A stretch of DNA of 63,236 nucleotides, filler included, from Asterionella formosa (lineage: Eukaryota): assembly GCA_002256025.1 (NCBI GenBank). It is 12 parts of 11 records of this genome, joined end to end, with 100 filler letters (N's around TTAATTAATTAA, not from the genome) between each part and the next. Parts side by side here need not be neighbours in the genome. Positions count along the whole stretch, not along the records: positions 13,996 to 28,564 come from NKIB01002115.1; positions 28,665 to 30,179 come from NKIB01002116.1; positions 30,280 to 31,794 come from NKIB01002117.1; positions 31,895 to 33,409 come from NKIB01002118.1; positions 33,510 to 35,027 come from NKIB01002119.1; 7 more parts are not named here. One strand, given 5' to 3'. Shown in pieces: positions 23,719 through 35,027 of this stretch. The notes below the pieces were generated by a model. It did no database searches, was not told where the DNA came from, and saw only the letters and a program-made list of their open reading frames with translations. Both the position numbers and the translations under genes were made by a program. Positions within the stretch are counted from its first letter, which is position 1; every line of letters starts with the position of its first letter.

Positions 23719-24150
23719 ACGCAATTTTGGAATGGGTAGGATAGAACAGGACCATCTTAGCTTATAATCCGACAAAAAATCCAGGTGACTGCATTGTTGA
23801 TTACGCTTTCCTTACAACTCAATATCCAAGTCTTTTTAACATTCTACTTGTATTTGACTTCCTTCCAAACAATTCATGTGCATGTACAACCAATGCAAAC
23901 ATGTTGCTCTGATTGATGGAAGTGTTGCAACAAAATTGATATCTACATTTGCTACAAGGTTTGATAACTACGATGTGCAGAGTCGAATGGTGTGCATTGG
24001 AGGAATGACTTCTTGACTGTTTATTTCAAGTGATCACCTGTTAGACATTCAGGCAAATTAAATAGATAAACCTTCAATGAATGGAAATGTTTACATGACT
24101 TAACTAGATAGGTTTTTGTGGGAGCTTCAGTACATCTTTCTGTTAATTTG

Positions 24151-25323
24151 TCACACCAAGTACTTTGTAACCCAACCATCAAAGTCTTCCATTGAAAATT
24201 GCAAATGGTCTCCTTGGAATGATTCATAATGATTCTTTCCAGCCTCTTCAGCCGATTTCAATCCAAACAAGTCGTTGATGTACCACTCTGTTTCCTCACG
24301 TGGCAAAATGTGCTGAAATGGGTTCGTTGGGTCTGGTGCTCCCCACTGTTCTCCTTCTTTGGGCCATACCATAGCATCGTCCATTGCCATAATCCACACA
24401 TATGTTTCAGTCTTAAGAAAATTATCCTTGTATGTTTGATTTACACCCCCAAGTCCTTCATTGTTCCACTTGGCAAGCTGTGCGTATTTTTGGTAGGTCG
24501 GAAATTCCGAGGGCCGTGGATCTCTCCAATAATTGGCTTGAAAAGAATGCTTTTGAGCATACTCCGTATACGCAGCTCGACTAGCTTGTTCCATCAGTAA
24601 ATCACACATAGTCATGCCGATCCCAGCGACGGATGATGGTCGACAATATGGGACGGCTCCTTCACCGGCATTGACTCCATTGATGGATAAAAAGGTCTTC
24701 ACTGGTGGATCATTGTATTTAGTAATGTATCCACGAATGATGTTGTTCCCTTGAGAGAAGCCAATTGCGTGAAATCCTTCGTTCAGTTTGACGTTTTGTC
24801 TGACGGCATTGGCAAATATTTCGACAGAAGCATCCATGTTAAGAAAGTATCCATTGTTGGTATCTTCCGTTTCTGAGTCTCCAATCGGGATGCATGTCGT
24901 GTAAGCCCCATGCAAGAGTTGTGATACATGCGAAGTGATTCGTTGCATTCCAGTATTGAAACAGGAATCCCCCATCCCATGTGCCAAGACGACAGGAACA
25001 TCAACCTCAAGTGTGCGACTATTACTATCGGTACTCCTCGTAGAACCAAGTCGACGCTGAATGGTGTCTGTCCTGGAAAGTGGCCTTGTTGTCGTTATAT
25101 CCGCGAGACGATGATGAGCCTTGGCCCAATCATGCAGCACTTGACTGATTGCCAATGGATCTAGTCGAACAAGATCCATCATGTCACACAGAATAGGGTG
25201 AATCGACCTATCGTTGTCGTTACATTCGCCATCGTCAGCAGCTCGACTAAGAATGGTCGTTTGCGCTGAGCCCTCGACCAACGCGACGAGAAAGGAGAAG
25301 ACAATGATTTTAGAGCGACGCAT
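24151..25323 (-). CDS. PPT1: Palmitoyl-protein thioesterase 1-like lysosomal/vacuolar hydrolase, 390 aa
   Basis: Signal peptide, PVVLAHGMGDSC, nucleophile motif IGFSQG, QANYWRDP, D..VWPKE..W and GDHLQF (Ser/Asp/His triad). Confidence 0.93.
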   Translation of the reverse strand: MRRSKIIVFSFLVALVEGSAQTTILSRAADDGECNDNDRSIHPILCDMMDLVRLDPLAISQVLHDWAKAHHRLADITTTRPLSRTDTIQRRLGSTRSTDSNSRTLEVDVPVVLAHGMGDSCFNTGMQRITSHVSQLLHGAYTTCIPIGDSETEDTNNGYFLNMDASVEIFANAVRQNVKLNEGFHAIGFSQGNNIIRGYITKYNDPPVKTFLSINGVNAGEGAVPYCRPSSVAGIGMTMCDLLMEQASRAAYTEYAQKHSFQANYWRDPRPSEFPTYQKYAQLAKWNNEGLGGVNQTYKDNFLKTETYVWIMAMDDAMVWPKEGEQWGAPDPTNPFQHILPREETEWYINDLFGLKSAEEAGKNHYESFQGDHLQFSMEDFDGWVTKYLV

Positions 25324-26644
25324 TGCTGATTATGGTTCAAGTGTAAGCAATGCTAAGCTAGAGTTAACCAACAGTGGTACCGGTACCGGTTATGGCAATG
25401 GTATATTCGTTGTATTACTTCCGGTACCCGTAATAATAAATGATAGAAATACTCACATTATTATCATAGCTGTGATGACTCTTTGGACGTGAGACATATC
25501 ATGCCACGTTAAAACTAAGAAGAATAAGATTGAGAGATGCTCTCAGGAATATATTTTAATTGCTGTCGCTGGGGAGTGTGAGTGTGACTTCACGAAGAAA
25601 ATCAAGGAGGCAGGAGGATACTCAAAAAAAGAGCATGTTGGGCTTCAAACTCGAAGCGACAAAAAGGGCAATTAATTTTGGNNNNNNNNNNNNNNNNNNN
25701 NNNNNNNNNNNNNNNNNNNNNNNNNNNNNNNNNNNNNNNNNNNNNNNNNNNNNNNNNNNNNNNNNNNNNNNNNNNNNNNNNNNNNNNNNNNNNNNNNNNN
25801 NNNNNNNNNNNNNNNNNGAATTCTAAGTTCTTCACACTGTTTTATGCTAAATTTATATCGTTTCGTCGCTGCAATCACGAGAAAGGAAATGAGGGGTTGA
25901 TCAGAAAACAATTTCCTTCATTTACTTGCCAATTCTGGTCACATTTTAGCGAAAAAATAGGTCCAGTGTTGTACCCTGGTACCGGTACTGTACAGACAAA
26001 TAAAACGAAAAGATAGGTCGAGTTGTGCCAAAAGGACGAATAAAACCAGTACTAATTGCATCCATTTATTTGGGCCCAACTGCAATTTTGAATAGCTTTA
26101 ACATACTATATAATTTAAGTGAAAAAAAAGTTCTTTGTTACTTCAATGGCGATTTGATTTGATTGATTTTCGAATAGAAATAGTACAGGTTAATTACTAC
26201 TCCGAGTAGCAAATATACCACCATACTTGTATACCATGATAGGTGAAAAATATACATGATGAAGCTAGTAAATTCAGGTCCCACTATATTGTCCCTATTT
26301 TTGTAGAGACAAACTCACCTGTTGACTCTTATAGTCATTCATGGTCTCCAATGAATCCAAATAGACAGGCCTGATGCCTCCAAAGGTTGTTTTTAGCTCC
26401 TTAATAGTCTTAAAAGGTACTACCACCATGGTCATTGGAGAGTCACTAGCTTTGTCGTCTTAATTGATTTTTAGGGGTATCAAATCAATGTTGACCGATG
26501 ATTACTATGTAATAGCCTTAAAAAGTACTACAGCATTTAACTGACCAGGGAAACTATGAAAACAAGTTTTAGCTTTAACAACTAGCCCAGAAAACTGGAT
26601 TGGTGAATTGCGATGATGGGATTGCTAGGGCTAAAGAACCAACA

Positions 26645-27957
26645 GATTATTCAAGATTTTTCAAAAATTCGATATTGCTGCAGAACTCAATAGTGTATTT
26701 TTTGTTGTTAAAATAGCGAAATAAATATGAACGTTGGTAAAGGACTATACCAGTAGCTAGTATTATAGATATTTGTTTGCTATTAACCTTAAAATGATTA
26801 TCCTGATACTTTAACAGTTTCGCAAATGAGTTATTGGGTCCAATTCAACAGCTACCTTGTATTAGTCCCAATCAAGGTACACCATGTATGGGCATGTCCA
26901 AACAAGGTATACCTTAAATTGGAACTCATGTTCTGATTGGTTAACCATCAAGACAACAAGGTGGATGAGAACTAGTTAAACCAATACAAGCTACACCTTG
27001 TATTGGACATTAAACCCTATTTCGGAGATTTGGAGAAAATATTCATACCTTGTACTGAAAAAAGAGCCTATTTCCTTGCATTGGCAAAAGCACGGATTCG
27101 CAACCCTAACAACGAAGCTAGTAGCCAATACAAAAAACCGCATGAGACAGACCACCTGAGCAAACAAACTTCGCCGTCAATATTTCAAGATGTCTTCAAA
27201 GCACAGCAACAAGCGGGAGGAGGAGATCATGCACTCTCGTTGGCTTTCTTTGAACTTGCCAATGTTGCCCATGTATGGATAGTTTCTCTGAAATAGTGTA
27301 CGATGTCCAATACAAGGTGTCCCTTGCGTTGATTTTCTCTTGTCGCATCCACTTCCTTGTATTGGTAAATAAATCAGATCATCAGTTCCAATTAAAGCCA
27401 TGTTTTGGTCATGCTCCTACAAGGAGTACAAAACCATTCAAGGTACTAGCCCTGGCTTGAATTGTACTACTCAAAAACTCATTTGCGAAACCCATTACAG
27501 TGCGTACGAGTAAAATCAATTCAAGTTTAATAGGAAACTAACATCTAAAATAAAAATGCTTCTCTGTTTCATAGCCCATTTGCATTTTCCATTCTCTAGG
27601 CAAGTATTAATTTTGCTTCCTGCCAGCAAGACCTGTGCTTCCCTAGATTTGACTATCGCAGGTGAGATTCCAACCAACTTTTCTGCCCACCAGGAAAAAC
27701 CATGCAGGAAGATATGGAGTGTGTAAGTAAAAGTCAACAATTTCGTCTCAAAATAATTTCAGGAGTCGAACAACACAACTTCAGATCATAGCCAAAGCAA
27801 TCCCCTACTAAAATCAATAATACTACCACATTCTTTTACAAATATTCTAAATTATTTTGTTATTTTAACAAAGAACAAGCACAATATAGAGTTGAAAATT
27901 CTAAGTTCTAATAAAATTTAATGTTCTCATGTAGATTTATTGAAGAACTTGATGGCT
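26645..27957. mobile_element. Diverged foldback / long-TIR element
   Basis: Inverted arms: 26981-27028 vs 27283-27330, 26813-26848 vs ~27457-27495, and 26645-26750 vs ~27825-27957. Internal CAAGGT/ACCTTG subrepeats. Confidence 0.6.
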
Positions 27958-28009
27958 TGTCCTTTTTTGTATGATCTAGCTGCCTATTCCTGAATCTGAA
28001 TATCCTCCA

Positions 28010-28375
28010 GTAGCCAGAATGAACACCAAATTCCAAGGTTGTTGTATGCCGTTTTTACCTTTTGGCAGCATTCTCACTACAATCATATCGCTTAAAGACT
28101 TGAAAAAAAGGTTGACAAACTTATTTCTGGATGTCTTCAAAGTTGCAATTATTCACCAAAGGGCTAACCATGATGCAAACCAGTGGCACTCTTTCCCATC
28201 AAGTTTCAGGACAGCTTTGATCCCTGCCTTCTCTTCTCTGTCAATCTGCAAAACTGAATCCTTGAACCTGACATTATCATTGGGCCTAAAAATTACCCCA
28301 CAGCAGGCATGTTACTTGCAGCTTCTTCCATTGCTATGACCTGTGATGAGGAGGATTTCGCCATCACACATTTCA
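28010..28375 (-). pseudogene. Degenerate ORF of probable transposon-associated type (SNGRSC.xH..CG motif)
   Basis: The minus strand reads DGEILLITGHSNGRSCK*HACCGVIFRPNDNVRFK...EEKAGIKAV. It resembles repeated diatom hypothetical proteins, recognised from memory only. Confidence 0.3.
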
Positions 28376-28664
28376 TCCACAAGCAGTGTTGCTGCATTTC
28401 AATGTAGTGATACTTTACCAGTTAACAAAAATATAAATTGAATACATTAATGGTGTGGTATTCTTCTTCACAAAAAAATTTAGGAGTGTTGCTCCACATG
28501 TCTATGGGGGAAATTATTGTTTGTGGTTTTCGGTCAAATCATAAATACTGATGATGTGTGTGCANNNNNNNNNNNNNNNNNNNNNNNNNNNNNNNNNNNN
28601 NNNNNNNNTTAATTAATTAANNNNNNNNNNNNNNNNNNNNNNNNNNNNNNNNNNNNNNNNNNNN

Positions 28665-30179
28665 CTTGTAAATGGAAAGTCGATAATGGAAAACATTCAA
28701 ATCTGGCGTTGTAAGCATTGTATTTCATTCAGGGATGAGCAGCAGCTAATGAAGGAGTTGGGAAAGGGGTACTGGCGAGGATTCATGAAGCGGAATGGGC
28801 TGAATGTCAAGGTAAAAAAGGTGTTAAGTTTGACAGCAAACGTGCGGGCTGGTGTACCTGCCTGTCAGAACTTCGAAGCAATGTATGCCGACAATTACAA
28901 GGAGATGGTGATGGGAAAGATTGCTGAGGAGCTGGAGCAGGAAGTGTGGTTCGACAAGGAAGATGATGTGGTTGAAACTGAAGGGGAGGCATTTGGATTG
29001 CAAACAAAATATAAATTGAGAAAACCAGACAAGCTGCCTTTTGTCGACGAAGTTGGAAGCAACACCAGTCAGGCAAAGGATGGACAGATTGGGGGTGAGA
29101 AATTTTTGGTCAATGCAGCTGGAAGACCACAACAACGAAGTGCTCTCAAGGATGCCTATTTCACTGTGTTAGGATTCACTGCTGCTGGCGGTTACCCTGT
29201 AATGTGTGCAATTATTTTCGCCGCAAAACAGTTGGAGATTGGTTGGGTTCAAGGACTTGATCCCTTTGCTGAATGGATTGGAACTCCTGACAATATTCCT
29301 GCCAACACTTGACCTGGCAAGCGCTACCCACAGGGACCAACATGCATACTAAATGGAACCACTATGCCCACTATGTGGTGCTGCTCGGACTCTGGCTCCA
29401 TCACTGCTGAACTCTTGGCTGCAATGCTCAAACAAATCGATTCATCAAACATATTTGATCGGTCAGTTGGCATCCCTCCCTTCCTTTTGCTTGATGGCCA
29501 TGGATCCCGCTTCGTCCTGGCTTTCCTTGAATACATCAATAGTCCTCTCCATCCATGGCATGTGTGTATTGGGGTCCCTATGGAACATCATACTGGCAAG
29601 TTGGGGATTAGACAGAACAGAATGGATGTTTCAAGATGTACCTCACACAAACAAAGAGAGACTTACTCACCAAGAAGGCTTTGTACCATCTTCCATTTGC
29701 AATTGAGAAGACAGATGTAGTCAGAATTTTTGCACATTCTTGGGAAATTTTTTTGAGAGATTACGCACAAACAAAAAAGCGGTAGCAGAGCGAGGCTGGG
29801 GACCTTTGAACTATAATTGTTTGTTGAATCCTGAAATACAGCTGACGAAATTTGGTGTTTTCCCATTGAATAGTAGAATCTCACACAGCAACAGAACCTC
29901 TATTACACCTGACCAGCTCAACCTACAAGAAGGACTTTCAGGAACTCTTACAAATCAAATCGTTGAATACATACACAGAGAAGATGTGCAAAATGGTAAT
30001 GATGCAGCAGAACATACCAGGAAAAGAAAGCAAACAGCACAAGCAGCAATTGACACCACACACAAACGAATGACCGCAGGACTGCACTTTGCTGTTAGAA
30101 ACACTTGTCTAGGACCACCGCTTTTTGAGCATATGCTGGAAATCAAACGCCGGCATGAAATCCAGGAACAAAACAAGGA
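28665..30179 (+). pseudogene. pogo/Fot1-like (DDE_1) Tc1/mariner transposase, central and C-terminal part, with stop and frameshifts
   Basis: LGKGYWRGFMKRN, FVDEVGSNTSQAKDG, FTVLGFTAAGGYPVMCAIIF, SGSITAELL, PFLLLDGHGSRF and AVAERGWGPLNYNCL. Confidence 0.88.
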
Positions 30180-30489
30180 NNNNNNNNNNNNNNNNNNNNN
30201 NNNNNNNNNNNNNNNNNNNNNNNTTAATTAATTAANNNNNNNNNNNNNNNNNNNNNNNNNNNNNNNNNNNNNNNNNNNNTCATATTCCTCTCGAATCCAA
30301 TCATCCCAACATTCCATTGCAGCTAAATAGTCTTGTTCATTGTACCATGACCGAATTCCTTCCATCCAAAGATCCATTCTAGATATACCGGTATGTAAGT
30401 AGTAGTGAAAAGTAGTTATAGTAAGAACTCAAATCGCTATTGTTGTGGTTGTGAATGCTTCCACATAAGAATGTAGGAAAGTACCGGTA

Positions 30490-31794
30490 CCAGTAAAAAA
30501 CTGCTGTGACCCACTAAAAATAAATTGGAACTGCTGTGACCCACTGAACAGGAGAAAAACACGGTTTGACCCTCCCAAATGCAGATTTGTTAATTTTAAA
30601 ACTTCGACCCTAATCTTGAGCATGTACGCTTTAAGGCTATGTCATTAGATATTAGTTTATAGCAATTGGTTTCTCCTAAAATATTGGTTGAAAAGTGCGA
30701 TCGACGAAAATATTGCCAGAACACGGATTACCCCATGTTTTGAGGATTCATTGTTATATGATATACGCAGCTTAATACAAAAATATCGCCTTCGATTTAT
30801 TTGTTGTATGATTCCTGTCATATCCTTATCCCTGTCACTTGATAGTGCCTAAGTAACTTGAGCATCATAAACTGGCGCCCTATCACCCATACGCTTGAAA
30901 GGAAATGAGTACATACCAGTATACAATTTTCAGCTCATAATATGCATCCAATCTATGGCAAAAAAGAAATCGACTGTGCCTTCGGGCAAGGCGGCTCAGT
31001 CTATTAGCAGCGCAAACAAAGCGAGGATGATTGAACATTGCCTATTGAACATTTCCTATTGAACATTTCTACAAATATGGAAGTGTTGAAAGCGAAAAAT
31101 AATGGAAAACTACCATATGGCGCAATTTCTCGTTCTGTGCACGATGTACAAGAACTTGTCCCATGGGAGACTACACAGAAAGTGAAATACTTTCTAAGGA
31201 AAATAAGGTTATCTGGTGGCACCAGTAGCTACCAGAACGGACAAACAGCCTGAGGAGGATGAGCAAGAGGATTAACAAGAAAGCGAAATATCTATGCTGA
31301 CAATGGAAGGTGTAGAAAATTACAGCTATAGCAGAAAAAATCATCATCATTCTTCCATTACTACTATGATTATGTCTACAAGTTCTAGTTTGCCTCCTGC
31401 CAGGCAGCACTACTACTGCATCAACTGAAAGCAGCAGCAGCACCATTTCTGTCACTGCAACCCTGCCCTATGGTGGTCATCCAAAGAAAAAGTGAAAGAA
31501 TGTATTTCCAATTCGGCAGCAGAATATATGGTGAGAGAAGAGGAAAAAGAAAAAGGAGGAGAATCACGAGTGAAGAGAAATACACTTACCTGTATAATAC
31601 TGAGAGAAAAGGAGGCAATTGGTATTCTTCCTGCTGTCAATATTAATTTCGAAACAGTTAGAACATGTGCAAAAAGAAAAAACCATCAAGGAACAAACAC
31701 AGAATGCCTCTCACCTATGCTTGAAGTGGAACTTTACATTGTGGAGCTCATTGATCAGTTGAGTAAAATGCGTTCGCCCATCATATGCCGAGAG
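30490..31794 (+). mobile_element. Left end and degenerate N-terminal coding region of a pogo-like transposon
   Basis: TA|CCAGTAAAAAACTGCTGTGACCCACT with a 17-bp direct repeat at 30499-30515 and 30529-30545. Downstream fragments NNGKLPYGAI...PW and SPMLEVELYIVELIDQLSKMRSPI are typical of the region preceding the DDE domain. Confidence 0.65.
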
Positions 31795-32356
31795 NNNNNN
31801 NNNNNNNNNNNNNNNNNNNNNNNNNNNNNNNNNNNNNNTTAATTAATTAANNNNNNNNNNNNNNNNNNNNNNNNNNNNNNNNNNNNNNNNNNNNTTCATA
31901 ATTCAATAATTAAACAAAATTGTCATTCATCATTGTCATGTCTTTGTCGATCAGCAACATTGTCATGACGTTTACCCGGTACCAGTACCAGGTACCCTGG
32001 TACACAGCTTCATTGCCAGCAGTTATTGTATGGCTTACATGTTTTATCTATGAGGATTGTCAAACAACAAGTGGTAGGCTGCCACGCGATAGACGTAGTT
32101 AAATAATACTGAAACTGTCACTAAAATAAATGACTTAAGTTGCATTTGACCCGAAACCAAATATTAATAGTGGAGCATGATCGTCGAAACCGACTATTAT
32201 TATGGGAAGAAAACATCGAAAGGGACAATAAATAAGGGTAGTAATCTGTAACGGACTAATTATTTTGTGGCGTCAAAAAGTTCTTGTGGCAACAATAGGG
32301 TAATTGGGGAAAATGGATGATTAAAATTTCCTCATGCATGTATTAAAAATCAATAT

Positions 32357-32576
32357 ACTGAGAGTCATCCTTATGAGGCAAAACGATGACATTACAAAAA
32401 ATTTTATCTCAAGAAATATTGAGTTCACCATAGTTATATTTAGATCTAGTAGTACCCAACAGGAGGACGAGCCACAATAACCTTCGTACTTGCTTCAATA
32501 TTACCATGTAATCGGACTAAAATAATTTGAATTGTAACATGGGGTAAAATAAGGATGACTCTCAGTTTTTAGGTGG
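32357..32576. mobile_element. MITE (CTGAGAGTCATCC family), deleted copy with truncated left TIR
   Basis: ACTGAGAGTCATCCTTAT ... ATAAGGATGACTCTCAGTTTTTAGGTGG|TA. The interior matches 51159-51553. Confidence 0.75.
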
Positions 32577-33509
32577 TACCACTATTGAACAAATGAATCT
32601 GCAATTCGTTAGAATTTACCTTAGTCAGAGCGAGAGGAGTCAAACAAACATCCTACTAGTAACTCAATGGGTCATGGATGTTTTTTACTGGTACCCCTGG
32701 TAATAGGCAATTTAACATTCTATAATTCTGTTGGTCCTCGAAGACACTGATATATACTGGTCATTATTTGGCTATCATAATGTTGTGATCTTTTGTACAG
32801 ATTAAACCTCGAGTAGATAGGTACTGGTTGTGAGCAGCTGTGGAAGGTCCGGTAATTGAGATATCATGTTGTCACAACCTTGACCATATTTGCATGCATT
32901 CATGTTCCTGTTCCAACCAACAACGCTGAAGAACTCACATTTCCTATAACATCTGAACTTCATGCATGTATCCTTGCTTGATCAATGCAAGGCGTACTCA
33001 CTCATTGACACAAAAATCATTAACCCTCACTTCCAAGACACTCTAATCAATTGCATCACTTTCAAATCACTTCCAATTTTGATTTTGCCTTCTTCCTGTC
33101 CAATATATCAATGGATCATATTCTTCTTGTAATTTTTGTTGAAACTTGTAGGAATCTTTCTCCTATTCTTGTTGTACTTTTGTTGAAACTTGTAGACACT
33201 GTTCACCTTGGCAAGCTTCTTGTGGCAATTCTGACAAATTGTCTCTTAATATTCAGATGTGCGCTTTGGATTTATGCCGATGATCAAGGATATCCTTCTG
33301 TGCCTTGACTTTTTTGTCTCATTCTTGTGATTATCTCACCATTGTTGCAGGAACCTCGGTGACTCTAGAAATGATGACATTACCGTAGTGCTAATATTGC
33401 ATATATTAANNNNNNNNNNNNNNNNNNNNNNNNNNNNNNNNNNNNNNNNNNNNTTAATTAATTAANNNNNNNNNNNNNNNNNNNNNNNNNNNNNNNNNNN
33501 NNNNNNNNN

Positions 33510-35027
33510 GTAGATTCGTTGCGAAGACAGTTTCCTTTGAGCCGTTACTGAGTGCGACATATTCACACTCGGTGCTTGATTGCGTTACGATATCCTGTCC
33601 TTTTGATATCCAGTGAATTAGGGCGCACCCTCCGATTGTGCCTAAATAACCGCTGACACTTTTTCGTGTATCAGGATTAGAGGCGAAGGCGCTGTCCACG
33701 ACATCTTGTATACGTAGCTCGTTGGGCGCACGTAGTTTCATTCTGCATGCAATGTCCCCATGTAGACACAAATACCCGAGTAGGCGTTCCAATGCTTGCC
33801 AGTGCGTTTCGCCTGGGTTGTCGAGGTGCTGTGACAATTCACGACATGCGTTGGCGCATACTGGCGATATTTTCTTCACGAAGTACAGTATCTTTCCAAC
33901 GAGGGAGCGATATTCCTTATTCTTGATCGTCTCTCCTCGGTTCTTACTTAGGACCGTTCCCGGGAATCCCGGCGTTGAGGCTTTCTTTGGTTCCTTTCCA
34001 AATATAGTCGTGTAGTCATTAATCATATCTTTGACAAAGTCCTCCATTTCGGACTGTAGATAGCGTCCGTTCTCGTCTTCGCCCCATTCGTACCATACTC
34101 CTAGATGCTTGCGTAGCTGGCCAAGCTCTTTAACGTTGAAGTATTGTTTCAGTGCCAACTTGAACTTGTTGACGTCGGCTTGGGTGCCGGTTACTGCGAG
34201 GTCATCGACGTAGGTGTATGGCAGTAGGGTAAGGATGCCTTCTCGTTTTTCGTAGAACACGCAGGGGTCGACACGGCTTTGCTTGAGTCCCATATCAAGT
34301 AGGCAGTCTCGGAGTTTCTTGAACCATTGCCGTGCAGCTTGTACCGTGCCGTACATTGCCTTGTCCACCCTGCCAAACTGAATCAGGTGAGGATAAATCT
34401 TAGGCTGAAAGCCGTAGAAAAGCCAATCGGGGCATTTTCCCGTCTTCGAGTTAGCGACAGAGTTCGTTAGTCGCGTGTGCATGTGGACACTCTCGGCCCA
34501 CAGTAGCCGCCCCTGGTATTCGTCTGACAGTTTTGCACTGAACATGGAGGCACATGCTCGGTCTCGTATCGTCACAAATTTTCGTTCCACGACTCCGTTC
34601 TGTTGAGGAGTATGGGGGGCAGTATACTCAATCTGAATACCCTGCGTGGTGCAGACGATACTTAGACTGGTCATATTTTCACCGGCGTTGTCGCAGCGTA
34701 GGAAGCGTACTACATAGCCCGCTGACTTGAGTGTAGTCAGTAGGGCATCCGCGATGCTCGCCAAAAGACTCTTCTTGTTAACGAAATAACTCCATGCCTT
34801 GCCTGTGTACTGATCCACAAATAGAATCCAGTAGTTGCTTCCAATTAGAGATTTCTTGTAGGGACCTGAAATGTCCACGTACAATCGTTCAGCAGGAGTA
34901 GAGGCCTTGAGGGTCGTGACTTTAGGCAACGCTTTGGCCTTTGCCTTAGCTAGTGCGCAGCCTTCACACGACTGAATCTTGCCCGTAGGTTCAATACCGA
35001 GGGACTTTAGCGTTGCGCGAAGGGATG
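33510..35027 (-). mobile_element. Ty1/copia pol fragment: pre-integrase Zn motif, integrase core, partial RT and start of RNase H, bounded by gaps
   Basis: CEGCALAKA; LYVDISGP; LRCDNAGEN; YTAPHTPQQNGVVER; KAMYGTVQAARQW; YVDD; YRSLVGKILY; DSAFA..PDTRKSVSG; SSTECEYVA. Confidence 0.95.
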
